A stretch of DNA of 64,000 bases from an uncultured Chloroflexia bacterium (GTDB lineage: Bacteria > Chloroflexota > Anaerolineae > CG2-30-64-16), in NCBI GenBank assembly GCA_963810095.1, contig CAWEMM010000012.1:448001-512000 (forward strand), given 5' to 3'. The notes beneath the pieces are model-generated. The model was not told the origin of the DNA, ran no database searches, and saw nothing but the letters and a program-made list of their open reading frames with translations. The position numbers and the translations under genes were made by a program. Shown here piece by piece: positions 18,739 to 28,216 of this stretch (positions are counted from its first letter, which is position 1; every line of letters begins with the position of its first letter).

Positions 18739-19577
18739 TGTACGTCTCCCGTGCCGTTCGACGTCACCACCATCTCCTGGGCAGCCGCCTCGCTTGTTGC
18801 CCCCGGGACCGTGCGATAGCTCACGATTGCCAGTTTGCTCAGGGTGACCTCGCTGCCGTCCCCCTGGCGCACGGTAATGTTATACGGCCCGAATCCCGCC
18901 ACCGGCCCATCGACGCTCGTCCCATCAAAGAGCACGAAGTGGAGGGGTGTACCTGCATCACGCACCCGCGTGAGGTACTGCATCTCGTACTGGTCGACGG
19001 CCTCGGGCAGGTACGCCCGGTGGCGGTCCGGTGTCGGCGTCGCGCGTATCTCCGCCTGCAACTGCACCAGCACCTGGCTGGCCTGCAACCGGTCGAACTG
19101 GTCGAGCGGCTTCCCGATTTCCTGCTCCACCGACGACCGCTCCTTGCCCAACCGCTGCAGAAGGTCGTTGATATGGGCCAACTGGCTGGCGCGGGCGGGA
19201 GCGGGCGGCTTTGCTTCAGAGGCGGGCCTGGGCGGACGCCCGGTGCGCGGGCGGGGCTGGCCTGCGGGCGGCTGCGGCCCTCCTGGCGGCGGTGGTCCCG
19301 CGGGGGCCGGCGGGCGGCTCGACAGCGGCGGCGGAGATTCGTGTCGCGTGTCCTGTCGCTCCAACTGGTTCGCACCGGGCCGGGGGTCGCAGCGCAAGCG
19401 CAGCTCGGATTCTTCGACGTAGAGGGCCTTGGCGAGTCGAGCCAGGTGCCGGGGATCAATCGAACGGGTCCCCGCTTCGTACTCCATGATCAGGCCGATG
19501 GGTAAGCCAGCACGGCTGGCGAGGGTGGCAACGCTGAGGCGCTTCTGTTCGCGCAATGCCCACAGGTTTTCAGACAT
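18735..19577 (-). CDS. XRE-type HTH, Pro-rich linker, helical motif and Hfq/Sm-like domain fusion protein (long partner)
   Basis: LWALREQKRLSVATLASRAG...YEAG...LARLAKAL (XRE); C-terminus EMQYLTRVRDAGTPLHFVLFDGTSVDGPVAGFGPYNI...LSKLAIVSY matches Hfq helix 1, Sm1 and Sm2; AAGGAG RBS before ATG at 19577. Confidence 0.78.
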   Translation of the reverse strand: MSENLWALREQKRLSVATLASRAGLPIGLIMEYEAGTRSIDPRHLARLAKALYVEESELRLRCDPRPGANQLERQDTRHESPPPLSSRPPAPAGPPPPGGPQPPAGQPRPRTGRPPRPASEAKPPAPARASQLAHINDLLQRLGKERSSVEQEIGKPLDQFDRLQASQVLVQLQAEIRATPTPDRHRAYLPEAVDQYEMQYLTRVRDAGTPLHFVLFDGTSVDGPVAGFGPYNITVRQGDGSEVTLSKLAIVSYRTVPGATSEAAAQEMVVTSNGTGDVQ

Positions 19578-19777
19578 AGGGGTCTCCTTTGCTGGAGCTC
19601 GCAAATGCTGAGCGCGAGCTCATGCTCTCCTTTAAACTAAGCCCAACAAAAACGCAGGACAGTAGCGCGTTATACCTTTGACGTAGCCCGGGGCCGCACC
19701 ACAAGGCACGAAGACAAGAGGGAGCAGGGGCTCAATCATGAGTGCGGTGACTTAGTTCGTGTCTAGGCGAGTGTTGA

Positions 19778-20397
19778 CTAACCCTGGCCATCGATCGGCG
19801 GCAGGGGCGGGAGGCGGTCGAGGCCTTCCAGGCCGAAGTACTGGAGGAATTGCAGGGTGGTGCCGTAGAGGAACGGCCGGCCCGGTTGTTCGAGCCGGCC
19901 CACAGGTTCGACGAGCGCACGGGCGAGCAGCGTTTTCAGCACGCCGTCACAATTGACGCCCCGGATCGCCTCGATGTCGCCGCGGGTCAGCGGCTGGCGG
20001 TAGGCGATGACGGCCAGCGTCTCCAGCGCGGCGGTGGAGAGCTTCGTACTGAGGTCCAGGCCAAGAAACTTCTCGATGTACGCGGCCGCCTCGGGCGCCG
20101 TCGTCACATGCACCCGGTCGGCCCGGCGAATGACGCGGAGCCCGCGGCGTTCGCCCGCGTATCGCCCCGCAAGCGTCTCGAGCGCGGCCTGGATCACATC
20201 CTCGCCTGCGTCAAGCACCTGCGCCAGCCGCGCGATCGGAATGGGCGCCGGTGCGACGAACAGCAGAGCTTCGATGAGCGCGGGCACATCCAGTGCGGGC
20301 ACGTCGGGCGCGGCACGTCGGGTGCCGTGACCGAGATCGCGAGGGGCGCCGAGGTTACTTCGGTGTCCGTCTCGCCGCCTTGCGTTTCGATCGTCAC
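19778..20397 (-). CDS. scpB: SMC-Scp condensin subunit ScpB (1-nt frameshift near 20310)
   Basis: IEALLFVA, LSTAALETLAVIAYRQPLTRGDIEAIRGV, PGRPFLYGTT..FL.YFGL; GTG at 20397 overlaps the upstream stop; one base is missing in an APDVP tandem repeat. Confidence 0.9.
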
Positions 20398-20955
20398 CCG
20401 GCGCCGTCCGTGTAAGGCGCGTGGTCGATGTGCACCTGGATCTTGCCAAGCTGCAAGCCCATGCGCTCCGTAATCACTTCTTTCGCGACGGAGACGATCT
20501 CGTCGGTCTTCATCGGCACGTCGATCTCGGGCCGGGTCTGCACTTCAAGCCGCACATTCACCTGCTTGCCCCCGCCCCACACGTACGGCTCGACGCTCAC
20601 AACATCGGCCAACTGGTCGATGTGCCATGCCAGGCGCCGCGGCGACAGAGTCGGTGGTTACGGAGGCCTGGCTGCCGGTCTCTGTCACCACCCGCACCGC
20701 GCGGGGCCGGCGTCGCTTGATCTGCTGCCAGAGCAGTGGGAGGACCACCAGGATCGCCACCACGGCGAGCCCCACCCGGCCCAACGCGTACAGCAGCGGC
20801 TGGTTCGCCTGCAGTGTCTGCACCCAGCCGGCGGCCCGCGCAAAGGCCGCGGAAATGGACTGCAAGGTTTGCGCCGGGAACAAGGCAAGCATCAGGCTCA
20901 GTGCAAGGAGCACGAGGAGCAGGATGATGACGACCAGCTTGTTGAAAACGTTCAT
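20394..20955 (-). CDS. Membrane-anchored Asp23/AmaP-like protein (frameshift near 20640)
   Basis: Two N-terminal TM helices, then a soluble domain (SVTTDSV...DVVSVEP...EIDVP.K..EI...MGL...V.I); joins ORFs 20545-21207 and 20394-20612. Confidence 0.6.
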
Positions 20956-20973
20956 GGTCCCCTCCTGGGCGAG

Positions 20974-20982
20974 ATTATAGCA
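20974..20982 (-). promoter_or_regulatory. Extended -10 promoter for the amaP-like/scpB unit, overlapping the upstream stop codon
   Basis: Minus strand TGCTATAAT about 20 nt before the GGAGG/ATG at 20955. Confidence 0.5.
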
Positions 20983-23862
20983 GCTTCGCACGCAAGCGGA
21001 TAACCAGTGCCGCAAGCAGCGCCAGCGCAAGCGCGAACAGCGCACCGATACTGATGATGACGCCGATCCGCCAGCTCTGTGGCGCGTATTCGAACACGAC
21101 TTCGTGATCTCCCGGCTCGATGCGGACGGCCCGATACAGCAGGTTTGCCTTGAGGATTTCGGCGGGTTGACCGTCGACGGTCGCACGCCAGCCGGGGTAC
21201 CAGGCATCCGCGATCACGAGCAGGCCGGTCTCGGTGGCTTGCACCCGGTAGCTCTGCCGCTCGTCCCGGTAGTCCACCAAAGTCACACCCTCTCCCGCCT
21301 GGGCCTCGGCTGCCTGTGCCCGAGCCAGCGGGGCCTCCACGACTGCCTGCGCCCGGGGCCGGAATGCCGGGTCGCCGATCGCCGCCTGGGCCGCCTTTGC
21401 GTCCGCGACGGGCATTATCCCATGTACGAGCCAGGCCCGTTCCGGCGCGCCGGTCCGCTCGTACACCTTCACGTCGCCCGAATGGATGCGGCGGAAGTCG
21501 CCTTGTGGCGATAGTGTGACGGACTGGTGGGTGCGGGCGCCGTCGCGCTCGTCGATCAAGCTGATGCCCTGGATGACCAGAGGCCCGGCGGAAGGGTTGC
21601 GCAGCGTGATACGGGCGGGCGTTCCGGGCGCCTCCAACGGCAGGACGGCCGGCTGCGGTGCGCCACCGGGTGCGCCCACGGCAGCGGGCGGTAGGGCCAG
21701 CGGAACTTCGGCCCCGTCTTCCATCCGCACCACGATCGCCACCGGCTCCTTAGGGGGTGTCAGACGCCGCAACGACGCCAACTGCGCTTGCGGGGAAGGC
21801 CGGGTAGCCTGCCAGGTCGAGTTCGAGCACGCCGTTGGCCGGGATGGTCGTGTGCTGCTCCAGGTCATAGTAAACGTCACCCGCCCACAGGTCGCGCTGC
21901 TTGTCGGTGATCACATACCGCACGCCCGTCAGGTCCAGCAGCCGCGCATCCGGAATGGCCGAGAGTTGCTCCGCAAGCCGGCCGTCCGGCGTCATGTGCT
22001 CGGGCGGCAGGAAAAGCTCCTGGAGCATGACGTAGCGCTGCAGCGGCAGCAGCCCGCCGTCGTAGCCGTCGACCGCCGGGAGGCGGAGGAGGAGCGGCAG
22101 GTTCGGTGCGAGCACCTCGACCTGCTTCGCCGCACGCACCAGGCGCTCGACTGCGACGTCCGGCAGCCGGTCGCGCCTGCAGAGCGCGCAGCTCGGCCAG
22201 GTCGCCGGGATCGTATCGGATATTCGAAAGGCTCAGGAAGCGGCCGCGGCCGCCGGATGGCCCATTGCCCGCCGCGGCAAGCAGCGCCGCGGGCGCATTG
22301 CGCAGTGCCATCGCCATCGGCGCGGTCGCCGCCACAAACGGCAGCGCCCGGCTGGCAAAGAGGAGTTCGAGAAACAGGAGCAGCACCAGGAGGGTCTGGA
22401 ACACGAAACGACGTCCCCCGCTTCGCCGCTTCGCCCCTTCGCGCTGTGCGCCTTCATCCCCCTCTGTGCCTTCGCGTTCCACCTCGGTCCCGCCCGACGC
22501 CGCAAGGGTCAGCGCACCTGCCGCGGCCGCCACTCCCACCCAAGCCGCCACAGTCAGCGGGGCCGGCCAGTGCTGCCACGCCAGCAGTCCGAGCATCGCG
22601 AGCGTAACCACAACGAGAATGACGCGGCCGGCTGTCCTTTTCGGCGGACCCGGCCGGCGGATGCGGAGCGCTGCCAGCGAGTCAAGCCCCAGGGCCGCCA
22701 GCAGGGCGGCCCCGAGCGCAAACAACTCGAGCCAGCGGGCCGGCGCCCGGAAGAGATCAAAGCCGGGCACAAAGCGCCACAGCAGGTAGTAGGCCGGGTT
22801 GTACGCGCCCAGCGCCAGGAACGCACCGAGCGCGGACAGGGCGAGGCTGCGCAGGGCGGGCCCGGCCCCGGGTGTGCGTGCCCGCGCCGCCCCCACTGTT
22901 GCCACGACGCCCAGTGCGGCAAGCAGCAGCCCGGCGATGCCCGCGTAGCCGAGAAACTCGGCGTAGCCCTCGCTGCCAAACGCCGCGTCCAGCCCGCCGC
23001 CGAAGGGGGGCAGGAAGGTCTGCAGCAGGAGCTGGGGCCGGAGCGAGAAACTGACGGCCTGCCGGTAGTCCAGCCCGCCGGTGCGCAGCCCAAGCGTATT
23101 CAGCTCGAGCGTGGGGAGCAGCTGCGCGGCAGCCAACGCCAGTGCGGGAATAACGGCCAGCAGTGGAAGCAGCCTGAGAAGCCCCGCGCGACGCACCGGC
23201 CAGCCCACGGAGAACACGGCCCATACTCCCAGCCCCACCATGTTGATAAAGGTCGTCTGCGTGTGGCCGGCCAGCACCTGGAGGCAGATGACGACGGCCA
23301 GCGCGACGAATGGCCCTATCGCCCGCGCCGGCGTGCTCGGCGAAACCCGCCTTCTGTTGACCTCATCGTACAGCCACAACATTGCGGGCAGCCACGCCAG
23401 CGCGTTCAGTTGGTTGATGTTCTCGACGCGGGCCAGCGTAAAACCGCCGAGCCCGAAGACGAGCCCGGCCGCGAACCCTGCAAGCCAGCTCGCCCGCAGC
23501 GAGCGGGTGGCCAGCGTATAGGTGAAGCCGGCAGCCAGCCAAACGTGAAGCAGCGCCGACCACACGAGCGCCTGCTCGGCCCGCAGCCAGCTGAGGGGCC
23601 AGTGGAGGGGATAGAGCACGGCCGCCTGGATGTTGGCGAGGAACGGCGCGCCGGAGAAGAGGTATGGGTTCCACAGGGGGACCTGGCCCGCCCGGAACGC
23701 CTCCATGCGGTGCGCCCAGTATGGGGTGAAGTAGGTGAAAGCGTCGACCCCCGCCAGGATGCGGTTCGTCAGCCCGAGCGGCCAGCACACGACGAGCGTC
23801 GCGAGCCCCAGCCCCAGCCAGGCCGCAATATCGGGCAGGCGGCGCCGCAACCCCGCCTTCAC
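20975..23862 (-). CDS. YfhO-family GT-C membrane glycosyltransferase (frameshifts near 22170 and 21770)
   Basis: PLWNPYLFSGAPFLANIQAAVLYP, AGHTQ, FDLFRAPARW, GYDGG, and C-terminal ADAWYPGWRATVDG...AN..YRAV...G.H.V.F.Y.P; GTG start overlaps the upstream stop. Confidence 0.85.
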
Positions 23863-25490
23863 GGATGCGCCTCGAGCAAGTCGCCCCTGCCTGCTGTAGC
23901 GCTCGAAGCCACGAGTGAAGGCTCCAGCCGGTAAAGCGTGATGTCCGGTTCGCCATTCTGCCCGGCCACCTCGTAGGCGGGCCATGCGCTGAAGCCACGG
24001 GCGGCCAGCGCAGCACTGAGGGCCGGGAGGCGTGAGCGCTCCCACTGCGGCAGCGCCAACCACTGCGACGGCGCCCCGGCTGTTCCTGCGACGCGCGCGG
24101 TCTCGCTCGCCAGCTTCTGCGGCGAGTCGTACCAACTGCGCACAATCGGGCGGCCGTACAGGTAGTACCCCAGGTGCCAGCCGATGCGATCGAAGTAGAC
24201 GGTCGCGCCCGGAGGCTGGCCGGCCAGAAAGCGGGCCGCCTGCGCCACCCCTCGATAGGCGCCGATGTCGCTCCCCACGGGAATCGCCGCCCGTACGCCC
24301 AAGGTGGCGGCAAACACCAGGACGGCGGCGAGGGCGGCGGCGGTGCTGCCGGCGACCCGGGCCCGCCCGCGGGGCGTCCTCGTCCGCTTCAGCGCCTCCC
24401 ACCCGGCCGCCAACCCCTGCCCGAGCAGGACGCAGACCAGCGGAAGAATCGGCAGCAGGTAACGATCCCACGGTTGGATGGTGAAGGCCACGTGGACCAG
24501 GAGATAGCCCGCGACATAGGCGAGGCACACAGCGGCAGGGCGGAGCCGTCCACGGCCGAGTAGTTCATTCGGGGATGGCCGCCCGCTCCTCCAAGCCAGG
24601 CAGCCGGCTGTCAGCAGCGCGAGGGTCAGGGGCCACGCCCCGAACCAGTAACCCGCCTGCCGCGCCCACTCGACCGCCCGCTCGGGCCAGTCGGCCAAGC
24701 GCGCCAGAACAACGCCCCCGTACGTCTGCAGGCTCTGGTCCCAGTAGCTCGGCCGGTTATGCCACCGCAGGCTGTCCCAATACGTAACCGCGCCGAAACA
24801 CGACCGCAAACCCCAAGGCTGCCAGTCCCACCGCGGCAAGGGTCCTTCGCGCTCTTCGCGCTTCACGCTTCGCGCCTTCGCGTTCCACCGCGCCTTCGCG
24901 TCCAAAACCCCCACGATCACCAGCGCCAGCACCAGCGGCACACCCATCACCCCCTGCTGTTTGCTGGCGCACGCGAGTCCGAGCAGCACGCCGGCCCAAC
25001 CAGGACGTCCTGCAAGCGCCGCCCACGCCGCAGCCACCAGGAAGAGGGTCAGCCACCCGTCGGTAAAGGCAGTCGGAGCGAAGAGGATCGCAAACGGCGA
25101 CAACGCCACTAGCGCGGCGGCAACCCAGGCGGTCCGCACGCCGGCCACCCGACGAGCGAGCCCAAACGTCGCCAGGACGGTGAGGACGCCGGCGGCCATG
25201 CCGGGGACGCGCAGGCTCAGCTCGGACACGCCAAACAGTTTGATCGTCGCGGCAAGCAGGTACAGGACGAGCGGCGGCTTATCGACCCAGGGAATCAGCA
25301 GCAGCGGGTCGGAGCCGTCTGCGATGGCCCGCGCCCAGGTGCCGTAGAGCGCCTCGTCGTGGTGGAGGGGCAGGTTAGCGAGCCACGGGATGGCGCGCAG
25401 AAGCAGCGCGATCGACAGGAGCGCGACAATGGCGAGTGTGCGCTTGAGGGCGCGCCCTACTCGGTCAACCGGTATTTCAGGAGCGTCCAC
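23859..25490 (-). CDS. ArnT/PMT_2 (GT39/83-like) GT-C glycosyltransferase; start uncertain
   Basis: HHDEALY, DKPPL..YL.A...LFG.SE...R, many TM segments, RYLLP; probable compensating indels near 24790-24850. Confidence 0.85.
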   Translation of the reverse strand: MDAPEIPVDRVGRALKRTLAIVALLSIALLLRAIPWLANLPLHHDEALYGTWARAIADGSDPLLLIPWVDKPPLVLYLLAATIKLFGVSELSLRVPGMAAGVLTVLATFGLARRVAGVRTAWVAAALVALSPFAILFAPTAFTDGWLTLFLVAAAWAALAGRPGWAGVLLGLACASKQQGVMGVPLVLALVIVGVLDAKARWNAKARSVKREEREGPLPRWDWQPWGLRSCFGAVTYWDSLRWHNRPSYWDQSLQTYGGVVLARLADWPERAVEWARQAGYWFGAWPLTLALLTAGCLAWRSGRPSPNELLGRGRLRPAAVCLAYVAGYLLVHVAFTIQPWDRYLLPILPLVCVLLGQGLAAGWEALKRTRTPRGRARVAGSTAAALAAVLVFAATLGVRAAIPVGSDIGAYRGVAQAARFLAGQPPGATVYFDRIGWHLGYYLYGRPIVRSWYDSPQKLASETARVAGTAGAPSQWLALPQWERSRLPALSAALAARGFSAWPAYEVAGQNGEPDITLYRLEPSLVASSATAGRGDLLEAHP

Positions 25491-26212
25491 ATCACCGTCA
25501 GCCCATCGCGCCAGCTGATCTTCTTGCCCTCGTTGTACTCGCGGCCGTTGTACGAGATGGGCACTTCGTAGATGCGATAGCCGCGCTTGAGGATCTTCGC
25601 GGTGATCTCGGGGTCGAAGCCCCAGCCGGGCGACTTAAGGCGCAGCTTGAGTGCGACTTCACGGGTGAAGACCTTGTAGCAGGTCTCCATGTCCGAGAGG
25701 ATCGTGTCGAAGAGGACGTTGGTAAACAGGGTCAACATCTTGTTGCCCAGCATGTGCGTAAAGAACATTGCCTTGCGCGCCCCGCCGAGGAAACGGCTGC
25801 CGTAGACCACCTTCGTGCGGCCTTCCAGGATCGGCAGTACGAGCTGGGGGTACTCACGCGGGTCATACTCGAGGTCGGCATCCTGAACGATCATGATCTC
25901 GCCGGTGGCCTTCTCAATGGCCGTGCGGACTGCTGCGCCTTTGCCCTGGTTGCGCTCGTGATAGTACACGAACACGCCGGGCAACTGCGCAAGCTCGGGT
26001 AGGATCTCGCGGGTGCCGTCGCGCGACCCGTCGTCGACGATCACGATTTCCTTCTCCATGACCATCGTGACGGTCTCGCCCTTCGGCGCCGCTTTGGGCT
26101 GGTACGGCCCGTTGCGCACGTGCAAGACCAGCTCAACCGCCAGCACCTGCTCGACAATGGGGCGGATGGTATCAATCTCGTTATAGCATGGAATGAGGAC
26201 GGACAACTTCAA
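25457..26212 (-). CDS. GT2 polyprenol-phosphate glycosyltransferase (DPM1-like)
   Basis: SVLIPCYNE, VDDGSRDGT, NQGKGAA, QDADLEYDP, VYGSRF, DMETCYK; TTG start with GGAGG. Confidence 0.93.
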   Translation of the reverse strand: MKLSVLIPCYNEIDTIRPIVEQVLAVELVLHVRNGPYQPKAAPKGETVTMVMEKEIVIVDDGSRDGTREILPELAQLPGVFVYYHERNQGKGAAVRTAIEKATGEIMIVQDADLEYDPREYPQLVLPILEGRTKVVYGSRFLGGARKAMFFTHMLGNKMLTLFTNVLFDTILSDMETCYKVFTREVALKLRLKSPGWGFDPEITAKILKRGYRIYEVPISYNGREYNEGKKISWRDGLTVMWTLLKYRLTE

Positions 26213-26250
26213 AGGAGCGACCTCCGGTATGATACACAATACGGGATGCC

Positions 26251-26350
26251 ATTATAACCACAAAGGCACAAAGACACGAAGATGGCGGCGCCTTGTGTTG
26301 ACCGGGCCGTTAGGCTCAGATGGTAGTTTCTCCGCAGAAACCGGCTTTCT
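26251..26350. repeat. Family A and family C repeats in a divergent promoter region
   Basis: accacaaaggcacaaagacacgaag (26257-26281) abuts a minus-strand TATAAT; agaaaccggctttct at 26336-26350. Confidence 0.7.
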
Positions 26351-26375
26351 GTTATACTTCCCCCGGAGTGTGAAC

Positions 26376-27236
26376 ATGACCGCAGGTAGTGGGTCGAAAC
26401 GGGTTCTGCTCGCCGTCTTTGCCCATCCAGACGACGAGTCGTTCGGGCCGGGGGGCACCCTCGCAAAGTACTCGCGCGAGGGCGTCGACGTGTGGCTCGT
26501 GTGCGGCACCGACGGCAACGCCGGCACGGTGGACTCGGCGATGCTGGAAGGCTACAAGAGCACCTCGCAACTGCGGGCAGCCGAACTCTGCTGCGCCGCA
26601 CAGACGCTGGGGCTGGCCGGCATCGACTGGCTGGCCTACCGAGACAGCGGGATGCGCGGCGCGCCCGAGAACGACCATCCGGAAAGCCTGTTTCAGGCGC
26701 CCATGGATAAGCTGGTGGGGCAGATCGTGGCCTCGATCCGCAAGCACAAGCCGCAGGTCATCATGTGCGACAACCAGTACGGCGGTTACGGCCACCCCGA
26801 CCACATCAAGCTGCATCAGGCGACCACCCGAGCCTTCTCAGCAGCGGCCGACCCGGCGCAGTACCCCGAGGCGGGCGAGCCGCACCGGGCCCGGGCGCTC
26901 TATCACCCGGCCTTCGGGTTCAAGCTCTTCAAGGTGGGCGTACGGCTTGCGCCGCTGGTCGGCCGGGATCCCCACAAGTTCGGCAAAAACGGCGACATCG
27001 ACCTGACCGAGGTTGTGCAGTGGGAGACGCCCGTCCATGCGCGCATCGACGTGAGCAAATACTTGGACGTGAAGCTGGCTGCAGGGGCGTGCCACAAAAG
27101 CCAGGGCGGACCCATGGAGATGACGAAGCGCCTGCCGGGCTGGCTGGTGCGGCGCATGTTCGGCGCCGAGGGCTTCACACAGGCCATCCCTGAGCCGAAA
27201 CCCGGCAAGGTGACCAAAGACTTGTTTCCAGGATGA
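26376..27236 (+). CDS. PIG-L family deacetylase (MshB/Mca-like)
   Basis: AHPDDESFG, YRDSGM, GGYGHPDH, HKSQ. Confidence 0.92.
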   Translation: MTAGSGSKRVLLAVFAHPDDESFGPGGTLAKYSREGVDVWLVCGTDGNAGTVDSAMLEGYKSTSQLRAAELCCAAQTLGLAGIDWLAYRDSGMRGAPENDHPESLFQAPMDKLVGQIVASIRKHKPQVIMCDNQYGGYGHPDHIKLHQATTRAFSAAADPAQYPEAGEPHRARALYHPAFGFKLFKVGVRLAPLVGRDPHKFGKNGDIDLTEVVQWETPVHARIDVSKYLDVKLAAGACHKSQGGPMEMTKRLPGWLVRRMFGAEGFTQAIPEPKPGKVTKDLFPG

Positions 27237-27240
27237 GGGC

Positions 27241-27879
27241 ATGGCACTAGAGGCAACACTGACTAATGAAGAGAGCGGGCTCCTGACGGGCCTCACTACC
27301 CCGCGCAAGGTCCAGGACTTCCTGGACACCGTCGCTTACGAGCCGGAATACTTCAACCGCTCGCCTTTGCGGGTGCTGCGTGAGCGCCGCGGGCACTGCC
27401 TCGACGGCGCGATCTTCGCCGCGGCTGCACTGCGACGCCTGGGCCACCGGCCCTTGATCCTGGACCTGACCCCCGAACCGCTGATGGACGACGACCATGT
27501 CCTCGCGGTGTACCGGAGGAACGACGGGTTCGGTGCGGTCGCCAAGTCCAATTTCAGCGGTCTGCGCTATCGCGAGCCGGTGTTCCGCACGCTCCGCGAG
27601 CTGGTCATGTCCTATTTCGAGGACTACTTCAACTCGTACGGCCGCAAGACACTCCGCGGCTACACCCGCCTGCTCGACCTCTCCCACTACGACGCTATGG
27701 ATTGGGAGACCAGCGATGCCGCGTGCGACCGCATCGAGAAGCGGCTGCAAGGCATGCATTCCATAGAACTGCTGACCCCCGCGATGATTCGCGAGCTCAC
27801 CCCTGTGGACGCCCGCCGGCTCGAAGCGGGCCTAAGCGGCGCCGACCCGGAGGGCCTGTTCAAGCCCGGCATCGCATAG
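27241..27879 (+). CDS. Hypothetical protein, possible transglutaminase-like Cys-His-Asp fold
   Basis: SPLRVL...HCLDGA.FAAAAL, DDDHVLAVY, AKSN. Confidence 0.6.
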   Translation: MALEATLTNEESGLLTGLTTPRKVQDFLDTVAYEPEYFNRSPLRVLRERRGHCLDGAIFAAAALRRLGHRPLILDLTPEPLMDDDHVLAVYRRNDGFGAVAKSNFSGLRYREPVFRTLRELVMSYFEDYFNSYGRKTLRGYTRLLDLSHYDAMDWETSDAACDRIEKRLQGMHSIELLTPAMIRELTPVDARRLEAGLSGADPEGLFKPGIA

Positions 27880-27892
27880 CCCGGGTGTCTGG

Positions 27893-27984
27893 CAACACGA
27901 AGGCGCGAAGTGTGCGAAAAGCACACGCCAGCGCGGTAGCCTCCGTGCTTCGCATCTTCAGCGCGCTTGGTCGCTTCGTGTTCC
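27893..27984. repeat. Family A palindromic repeat (degenerate)
   Basis: caacacgaaggcgcgaag ... cttcgtgttcc. Confidence 0.7.
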
Positions 27985-28034
27985 AAACCGCCTCGCCCAG
28001 ATAATCGAACCGCACCCGACCGCACCCCCATGGC

Positions 28035-28121
28035 TTGCCCCGTCCCGGCCCTTGTGCTATACTCGCTATTGCAATTGCTCGCAATAACAATAAATTCGTA
28101 ATAGCGAGGGTTTCGCAATAA
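28035..28121 (+). promoter_or_regulatory. Promoter of the ECF metal-uptake operon with AT-rich candidate Fur-family operator(s)
   Basis: TTGCCC-N17-TATACT with extended TG, followed by tattgcaattgctcgcaata and atagcgagggtttcgcaat; inverted repeat ctcgctatt/aatagcgag. Confidence 0.7.
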
Positions 28122-28167
28122 GTATCTATCGGAGAATTAGCTGGGGCCGGTCTCTGACTGTGCCCCG

Positions 28168-28216
28168 TCTGGCCGGTCTCGTACGCCAGCCAGGCTGGCG
28201 TACGAGACCGGCCAGA
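28168..28216. other. Perfect 24-bp inverted repeat in the 5' leader of cbiM
   Basis: tctggccggtctcgtacgccagcc-a-ggctggcgtacgagaccggccaga. Confidence 0.85.

Noticed and set aside
20281-20326. 15-bp tandem repeat (APDVP x3) at the scpB N-terminus as a phase-variation switch
   Set aside because: The unit length is a multiple of three, so copy-number change would not shift the frame; the observed shift is a single missing C.
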